A stretch of DNA of 64,000 nt from an uncultured bacterium (GCA_964607485.1 CAZSKP010000021.1:1-64000), one strand, 5' to 3'. Positions 46,980 through 57,016 are shown, counted from the stretch's first letter. The notes: a model not told the origin generated them from the letters alone. Numbers and translations: made by a program.

Positions 46980-49136
46980 ATGCGGAATCTTCTGGAAGAC
47001 CTCAACGAACCACAGCGACGGGCGGTTACCGCCACGGAGGGCCCCGTCGTCGTCATTGCGGGCGCCGGCAGCGGGAAGACAAGGGTGATAACGTACCGTG
47101 TGGCGTACCTCATAGGGGCGAAACATGTTGCGCCACGCAACATACTCGCCGTCACCTTCACGAACAAGGCGGCCGAGGAAATGCGCGGCCGCATCTTCAG
47201 GCTCCTCGGCACGACCAAGCTGGAGTCGTGGATCGGTACCTTCCACGCCACGTGCGCGAATCTCCTGAGACGCGAGGCCGACCGGCTGGGCTACAAACGC
47301 AACTTCGCCATTTACGACGAATCCGACCAACTGTTGCTGATCAAACGCTGCATGAAGAAGCTCTCACTGCCGGAACGCGACTACAATCCGCATGCGATTC
47401 TGTCGCGCATCAGCCTGGCGAAGAACGACATGACCGCTCCGAAGGCATTTGAAAGCGCGGCGACCGACCACTTTGAGGAACAGGTCGGCCGCGTGTATCG
47501 GTCCTATCAAGAGGCGCTCCGCGAAAACAATGCGATGGATTTCGACGACCTGTTGAACAATGCGCTCGCAGTGCTGCTCGACTATCCCGACTGCGCGCAG
47601 AAGTATCGCAAATATTTCAGGTATATCCTTGTTGACGAATTTCAAGACACCAACCGCGTGCAGTACGGGCTCGTGCGCGAGCTGGCCAGAGAACATCGCA
47701 ACCTGTGCGTGGTCGGCGACGACGACCAGAGCATCTATAGTTGGCGCGGGGCGAACATCGACAACCTGCTCGATTTTCAGAAGGATTTTGCCGAGGCGTC
47801 AACCGTGTTCCTGGAGGAAAACTATCGCTCCACCCAATTGATCCTCGATGCCGCCAACGCGGTCATTGAAAACAACGAGAGAAGGAAACCGAAGAAACTC
47901 TGGACACAAAACGAACGGGGCGAGCAGATAGTGTGGTACGCCGTTTCCAACGAACGCGCCGAGGCGCGGCACGTGGTCGAAGAGATGTTCCGGCTTAAGA
48001 ACGATTTGCCGGAACTGAGGAACGGCGACTTCGCCGTATTCTACCGTACCAACGCTCAGTCTCGCGTGCTCGAGGACGAGTTGCGCGGCGAGGGCGTCCC
48101 CTACATCATCGTGGGCGGCCTCAGATTCTATGATCGCAAGGAGATAAAGGACGCCCTGGCATATCTCAGGGTGATATCGAACGCGAACGACAGCGTGAGT
48201 CTGAGGAGAATAATCAACACGCCCCCCCGAGGGATAGGGAAGGCAACACTCGAGAAGGCCGACCAGTTTGCGTCGAAGCAGAGAGTTCAGCTGTTTGAAG
48301 CGATAGGCCGGGCGTCGGAAATCCCTGAGCTGCGCGCCAACGCCCGCGAGAGCCTTCTTGCGTTTCACAAGTATATTTCCCATCTGATGGAGAGGAAGGA
48401 TAAGCTGTCGGCGGCCGAACTGATCAAGGAAGTTCTCGAAACGAGCGGTTACGCCCGGGTGCTCCGGCAGGACCCCACGTTTGAGGCGCAGGCGCGCATT
48501 GAAAACCTCGACGAGCTCGTGTCCGCGGCCACAGAGCTCGCGGAAGAAACGGGCGACGCCTCTCTTGAAACATTCCTTGAAAACGTATCGCTGCAGACCG
48601 ATATCGACGAATGGGACGATACGAGCGACATGGTTACGCTCATGACCCTCCACATGGCCAAGGGACTGGAGTTCCCGGTCGTCTTCATAGCGGGCATGGA
48701 GGAAGGCCTGCTTCCTCACGCCAACTCGCTCACCTCCGACAAAGGGCTCGAGGAAGAGCGGCGGCTGTGCTACGTCGGGATTACGCGCGCGAAGAAGCGC
48801 GTTGTCCTCACCTCGGCCGATACCCGGCACATGAGAGGCATGACCACCGTGCAGGTTCCTTCGAGATTCCTGGACGAGATCCCCGAGGAACTTGTCCATT
48901 GCGTCGAGCCGTCCAACGGAGGCTATCAACACACCGACGAGTACTGCCAGGTGGTGCCCGACTACGAGGGCGGTGAGTTCGAGGTCGGCGACGTGGTGGA
49001 GCATTCAGCCTTCGGAACGGGCAGAATCGACGCCGTCAGCGGAAGCGGGGACAAGCTGAAGGTAGCCGTCCGTTTCTTTCGCGACAACAAGCAGAGAGAC
49101 CTGTTAATCAAATATGCGTGCCTCAGAAAGAGATGA
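46980..49136 (+). CDS. pcrA: ATP-dependent DNA helicase PcrA/UvrD
   Basis: AGAGSGKT, TFTNKAA, DEFQDTN, GDDDQSIY, NYRS, KGLEF, EERRLCYVGITRA, C-terminal Tudor-like domain. Confidence 0.95.
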   Translation: MRNLLEDLNEPQRRAVTATEGPVVVIAGAGSGKTRVITYRVAYLIGAKHVAPRNILAVTFTNKAAEEMRGRIFRLLGTTKLESWIGTFHATCANLLRREADRLGYKRNFAIYDESDQLLLIKRCMKKLSLPERDYNPHAILSRISLAKNDMTAPKAFESAATDHFEEQVGRVYRSYQEALRENNAMDFDDLLNNALAVLLDYPDCAQKYRKYFRYILVDEFQDTNRVQYGLVRELAREHRNLCVVGDDDQSIYSWRGANIDNLLDFQKDFAEASTVFLEENYRSTQLILDAANAVIENNERRKPKKLWTQNERGEQIVWYAVSNERAEARHVVEEMFRLKNDLPELRNGDFAVFYRTNAQSRVLEDELRGEGVPYIIVGGLRFYDRKEIKDALAYLRVISNANDSVSLRRIINTPPRGIGKATLEKADQFASKQRVQLFEAIGRASEIPELRANARESLLAFHKYISHLMERKDKLSAAELIKEVLETSGYARVLRQDPTFEAQARIENLDELVSAATELAEETGDASLETFLENVSLQTDIDEWDDTSDMVTLMTLHMAKGLEFPVVFIAGMEEGLLPHANSLTSDKGLEEERRLCYVGITRAKKRVVLTSADTRHMRGMTTVQVPSRFLDEIPEELVHCVEPSNGGYQHTDEYCQVVPDYEGGEFEVGDVVEHSAFGTGRIDAVSGSGDKLKVAVRFFRDNKQRDLLIKYACLRKR

Positions 49137-49153
49137 AAGGGGAATGCCCTGCC

Positions 49154-50215
49154 ATGTCGCTCGAGGAAATTCGCAAGAAAATCGACGAAATCGATAACGA
49201 GATCATCCGGCTCCTGAACGAGCGCGCCAGGGCCGCCATAGAAATCGGAAAAATCAAGGAGCAGGCGAACGCGCACGTGTATGCGCCCGCTCGCGAGAAG
49301 CAGGTCATCGAACAACTCTGCGCGAAGAACACCGGCCCCCTGACCGCCGACGCGCTGAAGTCGATCTACAAGGAAATCATCTCTGCAAGCCGCAGCATGG
49401 AGAAGCCGCTCACGGTGACCTACCTCGGCCCCCGGGCCACGTTCGCTCACCTGGCGGCGCTGCAGAAGTTCGGCAGCTCGACGAACTACGTTTCCGCGCG
49501 GACCATATCCGACGTGTTCATCGATGTGAAGAAAGGGCACGCCGATTACGGGGTGGTGCCCATCGAAAACTCGACCGAAGGAATCGTCAGCTACACGCTC
49601 GACATGTTCATGGAATCCGACCTGAAAATTTTCTCCGAGGTAATGCTCGAGGTCTCTCAGAATCTCATGTCGAAAGGCCAGTTGACGGACATCAAAAAGG
49701 TGTACTCGCATCCGCAGGCGCTCGGCCAGTGCCGCCGATGGCTCGAGGCGAACATGTCTCACGCCGAGCTCATTGCTACGTCGAGCACGGCGCAGGCGGC
49801 GGAGCTCGCCGAAAAGGACCCCGCGGCGGCGGCCATAGCGAACGAGCTGGCCGCCGAAATATACCACCTGAACCTGCTCGTACGGAGAATCGAGGACAGC
49901 CCGAACAACTACACGCGCTTCCTGATCGTCGGGCACTCGACGGCACAAAGGAGCGGACACGACAAGACATCCATCATGTTTTCCATCCGGCACAAGGTGG
50001 GCGCTCTCTCGGAGATTCTCAAAACATTCGCCTCTCACAATATCAACCTCACGCGAATCGAGTCCCGACCTTCCAGACAGAGGGCATGGGAGTACGTTTT
50101 CTTCGTCGATCTGGAGGGGCACACGAACGACGCGCACGTCGCTCAGGCTCTCGAAGAGGCGGGCGCGAATTGCATCTTCCTGAAAACCCTCGGTTCCTAC
50201 CCGAGCGGAGAATGA
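49154..50215 (+). CDS. pheA: chorismate mutase/prephenate dehydratase (P-protein)
   Basis: IRKKIDEID, PIENSTEG, SHPQAL.QC, NYTRF, IESRP. Confidence 0.97.
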   Translation: MSLEEIRKKIDEIDNEIIRLLNERARAAIEIGKIKEQANAHVYAPAREKQVIEQLCAKNTGPLTADALKSIYKEIISASRSMEKPLTVTYLGPRATFAHLAALQKFGSSTNYVSARTISDVFIDVKKGHADYGVVPIENSTEGIVSYTLDMFMESDLKIFSEVMLEVSQNLMSKGQLTDIKKVYSHPQALGQCRRWLEANMSHAELIATSSTAQAAELAEKDPAAAAIANELAAEIYHLNLLVRRIEDSPNNYTRFLIVGHSTAQRSGHDKTSIMFSIRHKVGALSEILKTFASHNINLTRIESRPSRQRAWEYVFFVDLEGHTNDAHVAQALEEAGANCIFLKTLGSYPSGE

Positions 50216-50231
50216 GGCCCGGCGATTTGTC

Positions 50232-50660
50232 ATGGCGGCGGACGAAAAAATCTACAGGATACTGGACGCAAACGCGAACCGTGCCCGGGAAGGGCTGCGT
50301 GTCGTCGAAGAATTCCTCCGAATGGTCCGCGACGACGCCGAATTTACGCTCCGCCTGAAGAACCTTCGGCACAGCGTCACCGACGCCGTCGGCTCCATGA
50401 ACGTGGACGAGAAGCTCATCGAGGCGCGGCAGAGCGACGCCGACGTGGGCGCCACCGAGCCCGCGGGGTCCGAGGGAAACCGGGACGATTTCGGCCACAT
50501 CGTCACGGCGAACCTCCGACGCTCGCAGGAGGCATTGCGGGTGTTGGAAGAATACTCCAAACTAATATCGGAAAAGGCGTCGGCCGAATTTAAGCGCCTA
50601 CGCTTCGAAACGTACACGCTCGAAAAGGACATCAGGCTCGACGCGAACACGGAGAAATGA
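50232..50660 (+). CDS. stand-alone ThiD2-like domain (thiamine-phosphate synthase N-terminal domain)
   Basis: RILDANANRAREGLRVVEE...ANLRRSQEALRVLEE...RFETYTLEK. Confidence 0.85.
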   Translation: MAADEKIYRILDANANRAREGLRVVEEFLRMVRDDAEFTLRLKNLRHSVTDAVGSMNVDEKLIEARQSDADVGATEPAGSEGNRDDFGHIVTANLRRSQEALRVLEEYSKLISEKASAEFKRLRFETYTLEKDIRLDANTEK

Positions 50661-50687
50661 GAAAGGGCGAAGTCCCTCAGACCTGCT

Positions 50688-51485
50688 ATGGCGAACCGTC
50701 ACACGAATCCAATCATAGAAACGAGGAATCTGACCAAGGTGTTCGGCACCACGAGGGCGGTCGATAACCTCACTCTGGAAGTGGAAAAAGGAGAGTTCTT
50801 CTGCTTCCTCGGCCCGAACGGAGCCGGAAAGACCACGACGATAAAGATACTCACCGGGCTGCTCCGGCCCACGTCGGGCTCGGCGCTCATTTCCGGATAC
50901 GATATCACCACGAACCCGGTGGAGGCCAAGCGCCTCATCGGCTATATCCCCGACCATCCCTACCTTTACGAAAAGCTCTCCGGACGCGAGTTCATGAGGT
51001 TCATGGCGGGCATGTACCAGCTCGACGGGAGCGTGCTCGACCGAAGGATAGATGAACTGCTCGAACTCTTCGGAATCCTCGAATATGCAGACCAGCTCAC
51101 CGAAGACTATTCCCACGGGATGCGTCAGAAGCTCATCTTCAGCGCCACGTTCCTTCACTCTCCCAAGGTCGTGATTGTGGACGAACCGTGGGTTGGCCTC
51201 GACCCGAAGAGCATCCGCTTCGTCAAAGACTATCTGACCTCCAGGACCCGCGAGGGGGTCAGCATATTCATGTCAACTCACACGCTCAGCATCGCCGAGG
51301 AAATCGCCGACAGAATAGGCATAATCCACAAGGGAAAGCTCATAGCGCTCGGGACGGTGGAGGAAATAAGGGCGAGCGATGTCCGCAACCTCGAAGATGT
51401 GTTCCTCGAGCTCACGGCGGAGGAGCCGGAGATTTCCCCGCTCAAACTCGAGGAAGGAGAGCCCGGCCGCGGAACGAGCGGCTGA
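50688..51485 (+). CDS. ABC transporter ATP-binding protein
   Basis: GPNGAGKTT, YSHGM signature, VDEP, STH. Confidence 0.92.
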   Translation: MANRHTNPIIETRNLTKVFGTTRAVDNLTLEVEKGEFFCFLGPNGAGKTTTIKILTGLLRPTSGSALISGYDITTNPVEAKRLIGYIPDHPYLYEKLSGREFMRFMAGMYQLDGSVLDRRIDELLELFGILEYADQLTEDYSHGMRQKLIFSATFLHSPKVVIVDEPWVGLDPKSIRFVKDYLTSRTREGVSIFMSTHTLSIAEEIADRIGIIHKGKLIALGTVEEIRASDVRNLEDVFLELTAEEPEISPLKLEEGEPGRGTSG

Positions 51486-51528
51486 TTTTGACAAAGCACG
51501 TTCTCGGTGTGATATAATTTGGCGAGCG

Positions 51529-52038
51529 ATGACCGTCTCCGTGCTGAAAACGACTGCATTGGCCGCTGTTTTGGCGCTTCTGAGCGCTTCCGTCGGTCTT
51601 GCCCAGGACCAAGATATCGACATACTGAAACGGGCGCTCACGAACTCGCTCGGCGAGAAGACGAACTCCGGCGCCCTCCGCGTCGCGTCGGTGAAGAAAG
51701 AGGTGAGGCGGGGCGGCGAGACCTTGCTCATAGTGCTCAACGCAAACAACGGTCCCACTCCGGCGGCCGTGCGCTACGGCATTTTCACGGACGCGGTGAA
51801 GGTTTTCAAGATTCTGAAAAGCTGGGAGTGGCCCGACCGGGTCGAGCGTGTGGTGCTCGGCGAGCAGTGCCTCACCGGCGACGGAAGCAGCCGCAAGACA
51901 TCGGAGCTTGTGTTTATGGGGCAAATCTCTTCCGACAAGGTCCGCGAGACGGATTGGGAATCGTTCAACCCGGGGAAAATCCCGGACATCATGGATTCCG
52001 TCCAGTTTCGCGGCGCTGCGGAAAAGAGTCAACCATGA
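51529..52038 (+). CDS. exported hypothetical protein
   Basis: Signal peptide ending GLA; extended -10 TGATATAAT just upstream. Confidence 0.65.
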   Translation: MTVSVLKTTALAAVLALLSASVGLAQDQDIDILKRALTNSLGEKTNSGALRVASVKKEVRRGGETLLIVLNANNGPTPAAVRYGIFTDAVKVFKILKSWEWPDRVERVVLGEQCLTGDGSSRKTSELVFMGQISSDKVRETDWESFNPGKIPDIMDSVQFRGAAEKSQP

Positions 52039-52064
52039 GGACTCATTAGGAAAGGAAGGAAAAT

Positions 52065-52415
52065 ATGAAATCCGGGAAAATGACGAACGTGCTTCTGGCG
52101 GTGATCGCTCTCCTCCTGCTGGGAAACCTGCTGCTCCCTATGCTTAAGACAGCAGAGGCGGCCGCCGCCGGCGACGATGCGGTCTCGCCGGCTGTTGTTG
52201 CGGAGAAGGCGCAGGTTCTGGCGCTCAATGAAGCCGCCGACCAGATAGGCGGGGGGCTCAGAGAGATTGCCCAATCCAATCGGATGATCGCCAACGCCAT
52301 CGGCGACTCCATCAGGGAACTTGCGCGCTCGAACGAACGCATTGCGTATTCTCTCGACAATCTCACCGTCGAGCTGAAGCCCGAACAACAAGTCCAAGAA
52401 GAAGAAGAGCAATAA
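52065..52415 (+). CDS. membrane-anchored coiled-coil hypothetical protein
   Basis: N-terminal TM; repeated REIAQSN/RELARSN; AAGGAAGG SD. Confidence 0.7.
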   Translation: MKSGKMTNVLLAVIALLLLGNLLLPMLKTAEAAAAGDDAVSPAVVAEKAQVLALNEAADQIGGGLREIAQSNRMIANAIGDSIRELARSNERIAYSLDNLTVELKPEQQVQEEEEQ

Positions 52416-52538
52416 GAAAAGCCTTGAGTCGAGCGACCGCCGGGAGCACGGCGAGCCGTTCTTTGTTCCGACAGTAGAAGGCCGCCCTTTTTCTTTTTAC
52501 TTGCGGCACGGCGACACAATCTGTAATATGAACTACTA

Positions 52539-53570
52539 ATGGAGTCATCTCTGATGAAAAAGCTTCGGGTGGCAATTGCGGTGGCTGGCATGGTCGTCCT
52601 GTCGGGTTGCGGTTCTCTCTCGAACCTGAAGGCGCCGAAGATCTCCGACGTCAATCTGCTGAAATCATCCAAAAACCAGCGTACCTACCAGGCCGATTAC
52701 GACACGACCTTCAGGGCCGCGGTGGATGCCCTCAGACAGACCGACAACGGCAGCGCCAAGCTGGTCAAATATGATGAAGGGCTCATCATTTTCAACAAGC
52801 CCAACGACACCGGTTCAACAACCGCTAACGTCACAAAGATCGACGAGGGAACCACCCGCGTCGAACTCCTCGCAAAAGTCAAGCGCAGGTTCTGGTTGGA
52901 CAGTACCGACGAAGCGGCGCGAGACGCCTTCTTCGCCGAAATGGACCGACGACTCGGCTCGACTTCGGCGACAGAGTCCGCCGCCGAGGCGGGTCAACCG
53001 GAGCAGCCCGCCCCGGCCGAAACGCAGGCTGCGACTCAGAACGAGGTTCAACAGGACAGGAGCCTGCTTCTCGCCGACCTCAGGCAGCAGTTGCGGCTCG
53101 GTGAAGATAACGCCTTCCTCGACAAGCTTTCGTACGACGACCTCGTGATACTCGACCGGAAGCTCGAAACGCTCCACTCCGTCGCCGCAGAAAAGAAGGA
53201 ACTCGCCGGGACGTGCGCCGCATGCTACATAGACCTCGCCCGCGTTTACCACGATGCCGGCGAGTACGCCCGCTCGGCGGAGGCGCTCAAGACAGCCATC
53301 GGCGTCGAGCCCGACAACGCGGTGGCGCACTGCAATCTGGGCGAAATCTACAAACATATGGGCGTGTTCGACGACGCGATCCGCGAACTCGACGAGGCGA
53401 AAAGGCTCAATCCCGACCTTCCCGACACATACATCAATCTCGGCATAATCTACGACGATTACGTCGTGGACGATCAGAAAGCGCTGGGATACTACAAGAA
53501 ATACCTGGAATTGGGCGGCTCCGACGAACAAGTGAAGGATTGGATCGCCGCAATAGAGAAAGGTTCCTGA
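52539..53570 (+). CDS. TPR-containing lipoprotein
   Basis: Lipobox LSGC; TPRs AHCNLG and TYINLG. Confidence 0.8.
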   Translation: MESSLMKKLRVAIAVAGMVVLSGCGSLSNLKAPKISDVNLLKSSKNQRTYQADYDTTFRAAVDALRQTDNGSAKLVKYDEGLIIFNKPNDTGSTTANVTKIDEGTTRVELLAKVKRRFWLDSTDEAARDAFFAEMDRRLGSTSATESAAEAGQPEQPAPAETQAATQNEVQQDRSLLLADLRQQLRLGEDNAFLDKLSYDDLVILDRKLETLHSVAAEKKELAGTCAACYIDLARVYHDAGEYARSAEALKTAIGVEPDNAVAHCNLGEIYKHMGVFDDAIRELDEAKRLNPDLPDTYINLGIIYDDYVVDDQKALGYYKKYLELGGSDEQVKDWIAAIEKGS

Positions 53571-53735
53571 CAACGGTCTTTCTGTCCGACCCGCTTTCGG
53601 GTCCCCCGTCAATAAGCGATAGTCTCACGGCCACAACACGTTCTCTGGGCAGAGCACTGTTTCACGTCGCGTGAATCCGTGACATAGTTGGCGCACTAGA
53701 CAGGGCAGGGGAGTGGAAAAAACGGAGGTGAACAC

Positions 53736-53939
53736 ATGGCAGTAGCGAGAGTGACACAAATCGTTGCATCATCACAGAAAGGTTTCGAGGATGCTATCAA
53801 AGAGGGGCTGAAGCGCGCGAACAAGACTCTCCGCGGACTCACGGGCCTCGAGGTCACCAAGATGAACGCGAAGATCGAGAAGGGCAAAATCATGGAATAC
53901 CGCGCGCACATGAACATAACCTTTATCCTGGAAGAATAA
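53736..53939 (+). CDS. dodecin-family flavin-binding protein
   Basis: ASS..GFEDAI..G..RA.KTLR...EYR....ITF; GGAGG SD. Confidence 0.92.
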   Translation: MAVARVTQIVASSQKGFEDAIKEGLKRANKTLRGLTGLEVTKMNAKIEKGKIMEYRAHMNITFILEE

Positions 53940-54038
53940 TCGGCGGAAATGGCGAAGGGCGGCGAGTCACCGAGAAACCACTCCCCTGTGATTCCCGCCG
54001 CCCCTCTCGAGTAGGGAGAAGAGTTCTTTCGCCGTCGC

Positions 54039-54332
54039 TCAGGCCGATTGAATGAACTCGTAAACCAGAAGCAGCAACAGAAAAATCGAGACACCGGCGA
54101 AGGCTGCCGCGTAAACGAGCGGAATCATGAGGACGTTGTATTCCGCAAACACATAGTAATTCGCGAAACACAACGCCGCCCCGAAGGCCAGCATCAGCGC
54201 GGCCCGAAACTTTCGATGGGTTAATAGGTAGAGCATCAGGCCGGCGACAAGAACCAATTCGGGGTGGGTGACGCCATACTCGCACGCCACCGAAAGATAC
54301 TCTGAACCCTGAAATAATTCTGTCCAACCCAT
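54039..54332 (-). CDS. small three-TM membrane protein
   Basis: Three hydrophobic segments; GGAGG SD; sigma54-like promoter upstream. Confidence 0.7.
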   Translation of the reverse strand: MGWTELFQGSEYLSVACEYGVTHPELVLVAGLMLYLLTHRKFRAALMLAFGAALCFANYYVFAEYNVLMIPLVYAAAFAGVSIFLLLLLVYEFIQSA

Positions 54333-54383
54333 AGGAAACCTCCGTGTTAAGATTCAACCGGGGTACTAACCATGGGGTGTCAT

Positions 54384-54399
54384 AGCATTACTCGTGCCA
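54384..54399 (-). promoter_or_regulatory. sigma54 (-24/-12) promoter
   Basis: TGGCACGAGTAATGCT matches TGGCAC-N5-TTGC with exact GG/GC spacing. Confidence 0.7.
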
Positions 54400-54605
54400 G
54401 AAAAACGGAATTTTAATACAAACACAACCTCCGACGTCCAAAGCACTTACACCGAAGGGGCGTTCCGCCCGCGATTTCAGAATCGTTAAACCGCTCTCCC
54501 CGAATTACAGCATCGTTATCGACTGTTTAGAACGGGCCGATTTCAAAATCCCGTCCAGTGAATGGTCACAATCGTATTCGGGGGTATATGACTCAATAAT
54601 CACGA

Positions 54606-54629
54606 AGGGGCGCACGACCGTGCGCCCCT
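54606..54629. repeat. GTAG-class REP-like hairpin
   Basis: AGGGGCGCACG-AC-CGTGCGCCCCT perfect 11-bp stem. Confidence 0.65.
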
Positions 54630-54670
54630 GCAAGAGTGGACAAGAAAAAGGGTGAAAAGCCGCTAGGCTC

Positions 54671-55147
54671 TCAACCAAAAAGCTTTTTCGCAAGCGAAGC
54701 CGTGCGCCTTCCCAGGGCTTCGCATTGAGTCTTCACGCGGTCATCGGGCGCGTCCACCGAGACCGGTCCATAGTGGTCACCCTCGGCGGTCCCCTGCACA
54801 ATCATCCCATGAATCAACATGGCATGCAGGATGGTGAGAACCGTCGTCTCGTTCCCTCCGCCGATATTCGCCGACGATGAGAATGCCCCGCCCACCTTGC
54901 CCGACAGCTTGCCATGATGGGAGACGCTGAAATCGAAGAAGTCCTTCATCTTTCCCGCCATGCCTCCGTAATACGTCGGAGAACCAGCCACAATGGCGTC
55001 GAAATCGAGCATTTCGTCGGGCTTTGCGTCCTCGACATCTTTCAATACCACCTCCGCGCCTTCCTTTTCGGCTGCATCGGCGACAATCTCCGCCATCGCC
55101 TTCGTGTTGCCGGTGCGGGTGAAATAGAGAACAAGCACTCTCGCCAT
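54671..55147 (-). CDS. flavodoxin/WrbA-like FMN protein
   Basis: TRTGNT, GSPTYYG, GKVGGAFSS...GGGNETT. Confidence 0.9.
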   Translation of the reverse strand: MARVLVLYFTRTGNTKAMAEIVADAAEKEGAEVVLKDVEDAKPDEMLDFDAIVAGSPTYYGGMAGKMKDFFDFSVSHHGKLSGKVGGAFSSSANIGGGNETTVLTILHAMLIHGMIVQGTAEGDHYGPVSVDAPDDRVKTQCEALGRRTASLAKKLFG

Positions 55148-55290
55148 ATGTCGCCTCCTCTTCTGCTCGGTTCATGAATAAGAATGCGGCCTTCCTCGAT
55201 GGAATTCTAACACACACCGACGGCCGCGGTCATCAGAAAACCCCTCGCACAATGCGGACATGATTCTGAACGGGCAATTCTCTAGAACCA

Positions 55291-56610
55291 TCAGAAAACC
55301 GTGATATCGGAAGCTATGTCGCGATAAACATCCAGCGTTTTTCGAAAGGCGCCTTCCGACATGTGAAGAACGTTCAAAGCCTCCAGGACGTTGTCATCGA
55401 AAGCGGTTGCCTTCTCGAATTCGGATGCGCTCAATTTGCAGAAAGTGTTCGCCAGGGACACTCCGCTTGCAGGCCCTCGGGGCTCGGGCTCCAATTCGGG
55501 CAGGTGGTGATACCGAATCGCGTTGGCCAAAGCGGTGGGCAGCAACCAGTGGTCGGCGAGGAGATAGCCGACCTCGGCATGAGTTATCCCCAGCACCGTC
55601 TCCTCCGCCTCCAGGGCCGTCGTGCCGGTGGTCGAGCGGAGCGACGTCGCCCTGGCCTGCTTGCCGTGCATGCTCATCGCGAGCACGACTTTGCCCACGT
55701 CATGAAGCAGGCCGGCGACGAAGGCCGAATCCGTCATCCGCGCCTCATGGCCGAAAGAAATCAACCTCGCCATCGTGGCACAGGTAAACGAATGATTCCA
55801 GTATGCCTTGAAGTCGAGGTCGGTCTTGTCGATCAAATAGTTGAAGACCGAGACCGACATGGCAAGCGCCTGAGTCTCTTTGAAGCCGAGAAGGGCGACG
55901 GCATGCTTGATGTCCGTAACCTTCCTCGAGAAACCGAAGGCGGGCGAGTTTGCGAGCTTGAGTATTTTCGCCGAGAGAGCGCCGTCTGTCGCTATTATCT
56001 TTGCCACATCCGCCGAGGACGAATTGGGATCGTTGGCGGCCAGCGAAATCGCGTTCACGATGTCGGGAAGGGTGGGAAGTTCCTCGATTTCTTCGACGAG
56101 CTTCGCCACTCTGCGAAGCTTCAACGGCCCCTCCAAGACCGAAGTGTCGGCCTCCTCTACGGGCGGTTTCTCGACCTCCTTCGTCCTTCCATAGTACCTG
56201 TCAAGCGCTTTATACACGGCCCCGCGCGAGCAGAGCACGGGCTTCACCGTCAATCCTGTGACCTCCTCCAATTCGTTTCGGCCGGCTTCGTCCAACGGGC
56301 AGACCATCGCGACAGTCAGGAGGTTGCGCATCCTCCCGATGGGAACCAATTCGAGCCTCACTCCCAACTCGCTTGGAACAAGGTCGAGAACCTCCCGGTC
56401 GATTTCGCAGTGCGATAATTCGACGCTGGCCGTGCCCGGGAACTCGCTCAGAAACTTCAGAAAACTCTCCTCGCTCAGATAACCGAGGTCCATCAAGATG
56501 TTGCATATCCGCTCCCGCTTCGTCTTCTGAATTTCGAGCGCCTGCTCCACCTGTACCGGAGTGACGTAACCCCTCTCCACCAGGAGCTCGCCTATCCTCT
56601 TCTTCGACAT
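55291..56610 (-). CDS. MshEN (GSPII_N) + HDOD domain protein
   Basis: RIGELLVERGYVT...ALEIQ; LPTLP, AGLLHDVGK, HAEVG, W.LP, HH; promoter TTGACA-17-TAGCCT (56688-56660). Confidence 0.88.
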   Translation of the reverse strand: MSKKRIGELLVERGYVTPVQVEQALEIQKTKRERICNILMDLGYLSEESFLKFLSEFPGTASVELSHCEIDREVLDLVPSELGVRLELVPIGRMRNLLTVAMVCPLDEAGRNELEEVTGLTVKPVLCSRGAVYKALDRYYGRTKEVEKPPVEEADTSVLEGPLKLRRVAKLVEEIEELPTLPDIVNAISLAANDPNSSSADVAKIIATDGALSAKILKLANSPAFGFSRKVTDIKHAVALLGFKETQALAMSVSVFNYLIDKTDLDFKAYWNHSFTCATMARLISFGHEARMTDSAFVAGLLHDVGKVVLAMSMHGKQARATSLRSTTGTTALEAEETVLGITHAEVGYLLADHWLLPTALANAIRYHHLPELEPEPRGPASGVSLANTFCKLSASEFEKATAFDDNVLEALNVLHMSEGAFRKTLDVYRDIASDITVF

Positions 56611-56858
56611 TTGCGCTTCTCTCAATCTGTTGTCTTCTTGGGAAAGTCCGCTACCGGCTAGGCTAGCACATACAACCTGCATTGTCAAACAGCTATACGC
56701 CGACATTCTCGGGGGTGCGACCGGCGCGCGGGCCTCGCTTGCCCCGCCTCACGCAGTTGACAATACTCGCATGTTTTGATAACATAATTTGATTAACGTA
56801 GAGTCGGGTTGCGGGCTAAAACCCTATCAGCCTGCGGCTTAGCGGCTTAATCACGTTG

Positions 56859-56930
56859 TGGGGAGTCGCCAAGCGGTAAGGCATCGGCCTTTGGAGCCGA
56901 CATGCGCAGGTTCGAATCCTGCCTCCCCAG
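56859..56930 (+). tRNA. tRNA-Gln (anticodon UUG)
   Basis: Acceptor TGGGGAG/CTCCCCA, anticodon arm TCGGC-CTTTGGA-GCCGA, T-loop GGTTCGAATCC; 3' end reads CCG so CCA is not encoded; promoter TTGACA-17-TAACAT at 56757-56785. Confidence 0.97.
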
Positions 56931-57016
56931 CCGATTCTCGGCACAGCCAAGAATCGGCTGAGCAATCGAAAATCGAGAACAGACAAGAACAGATTGAAAA
57001 TGGTGAGCGTGCCCTG

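Noticed and set aside
54505-54600. Possible RAYT transposase remnant (QNPVQ-stop) beside the REP hairpin
   Set aside because: Only a few residues of similarity and no HUH motif.
56858-57016. N-terminal extension of GlmU in the ORF track
   Set aside because: It overlaps tRNA-Gln; GlmU homology begins near ATG 57017.
56900-57016. tRNA-Gln as an integration site
   Set aside because: No integrase and no duplicated tRNA 3' end seen; glmU follows directly.
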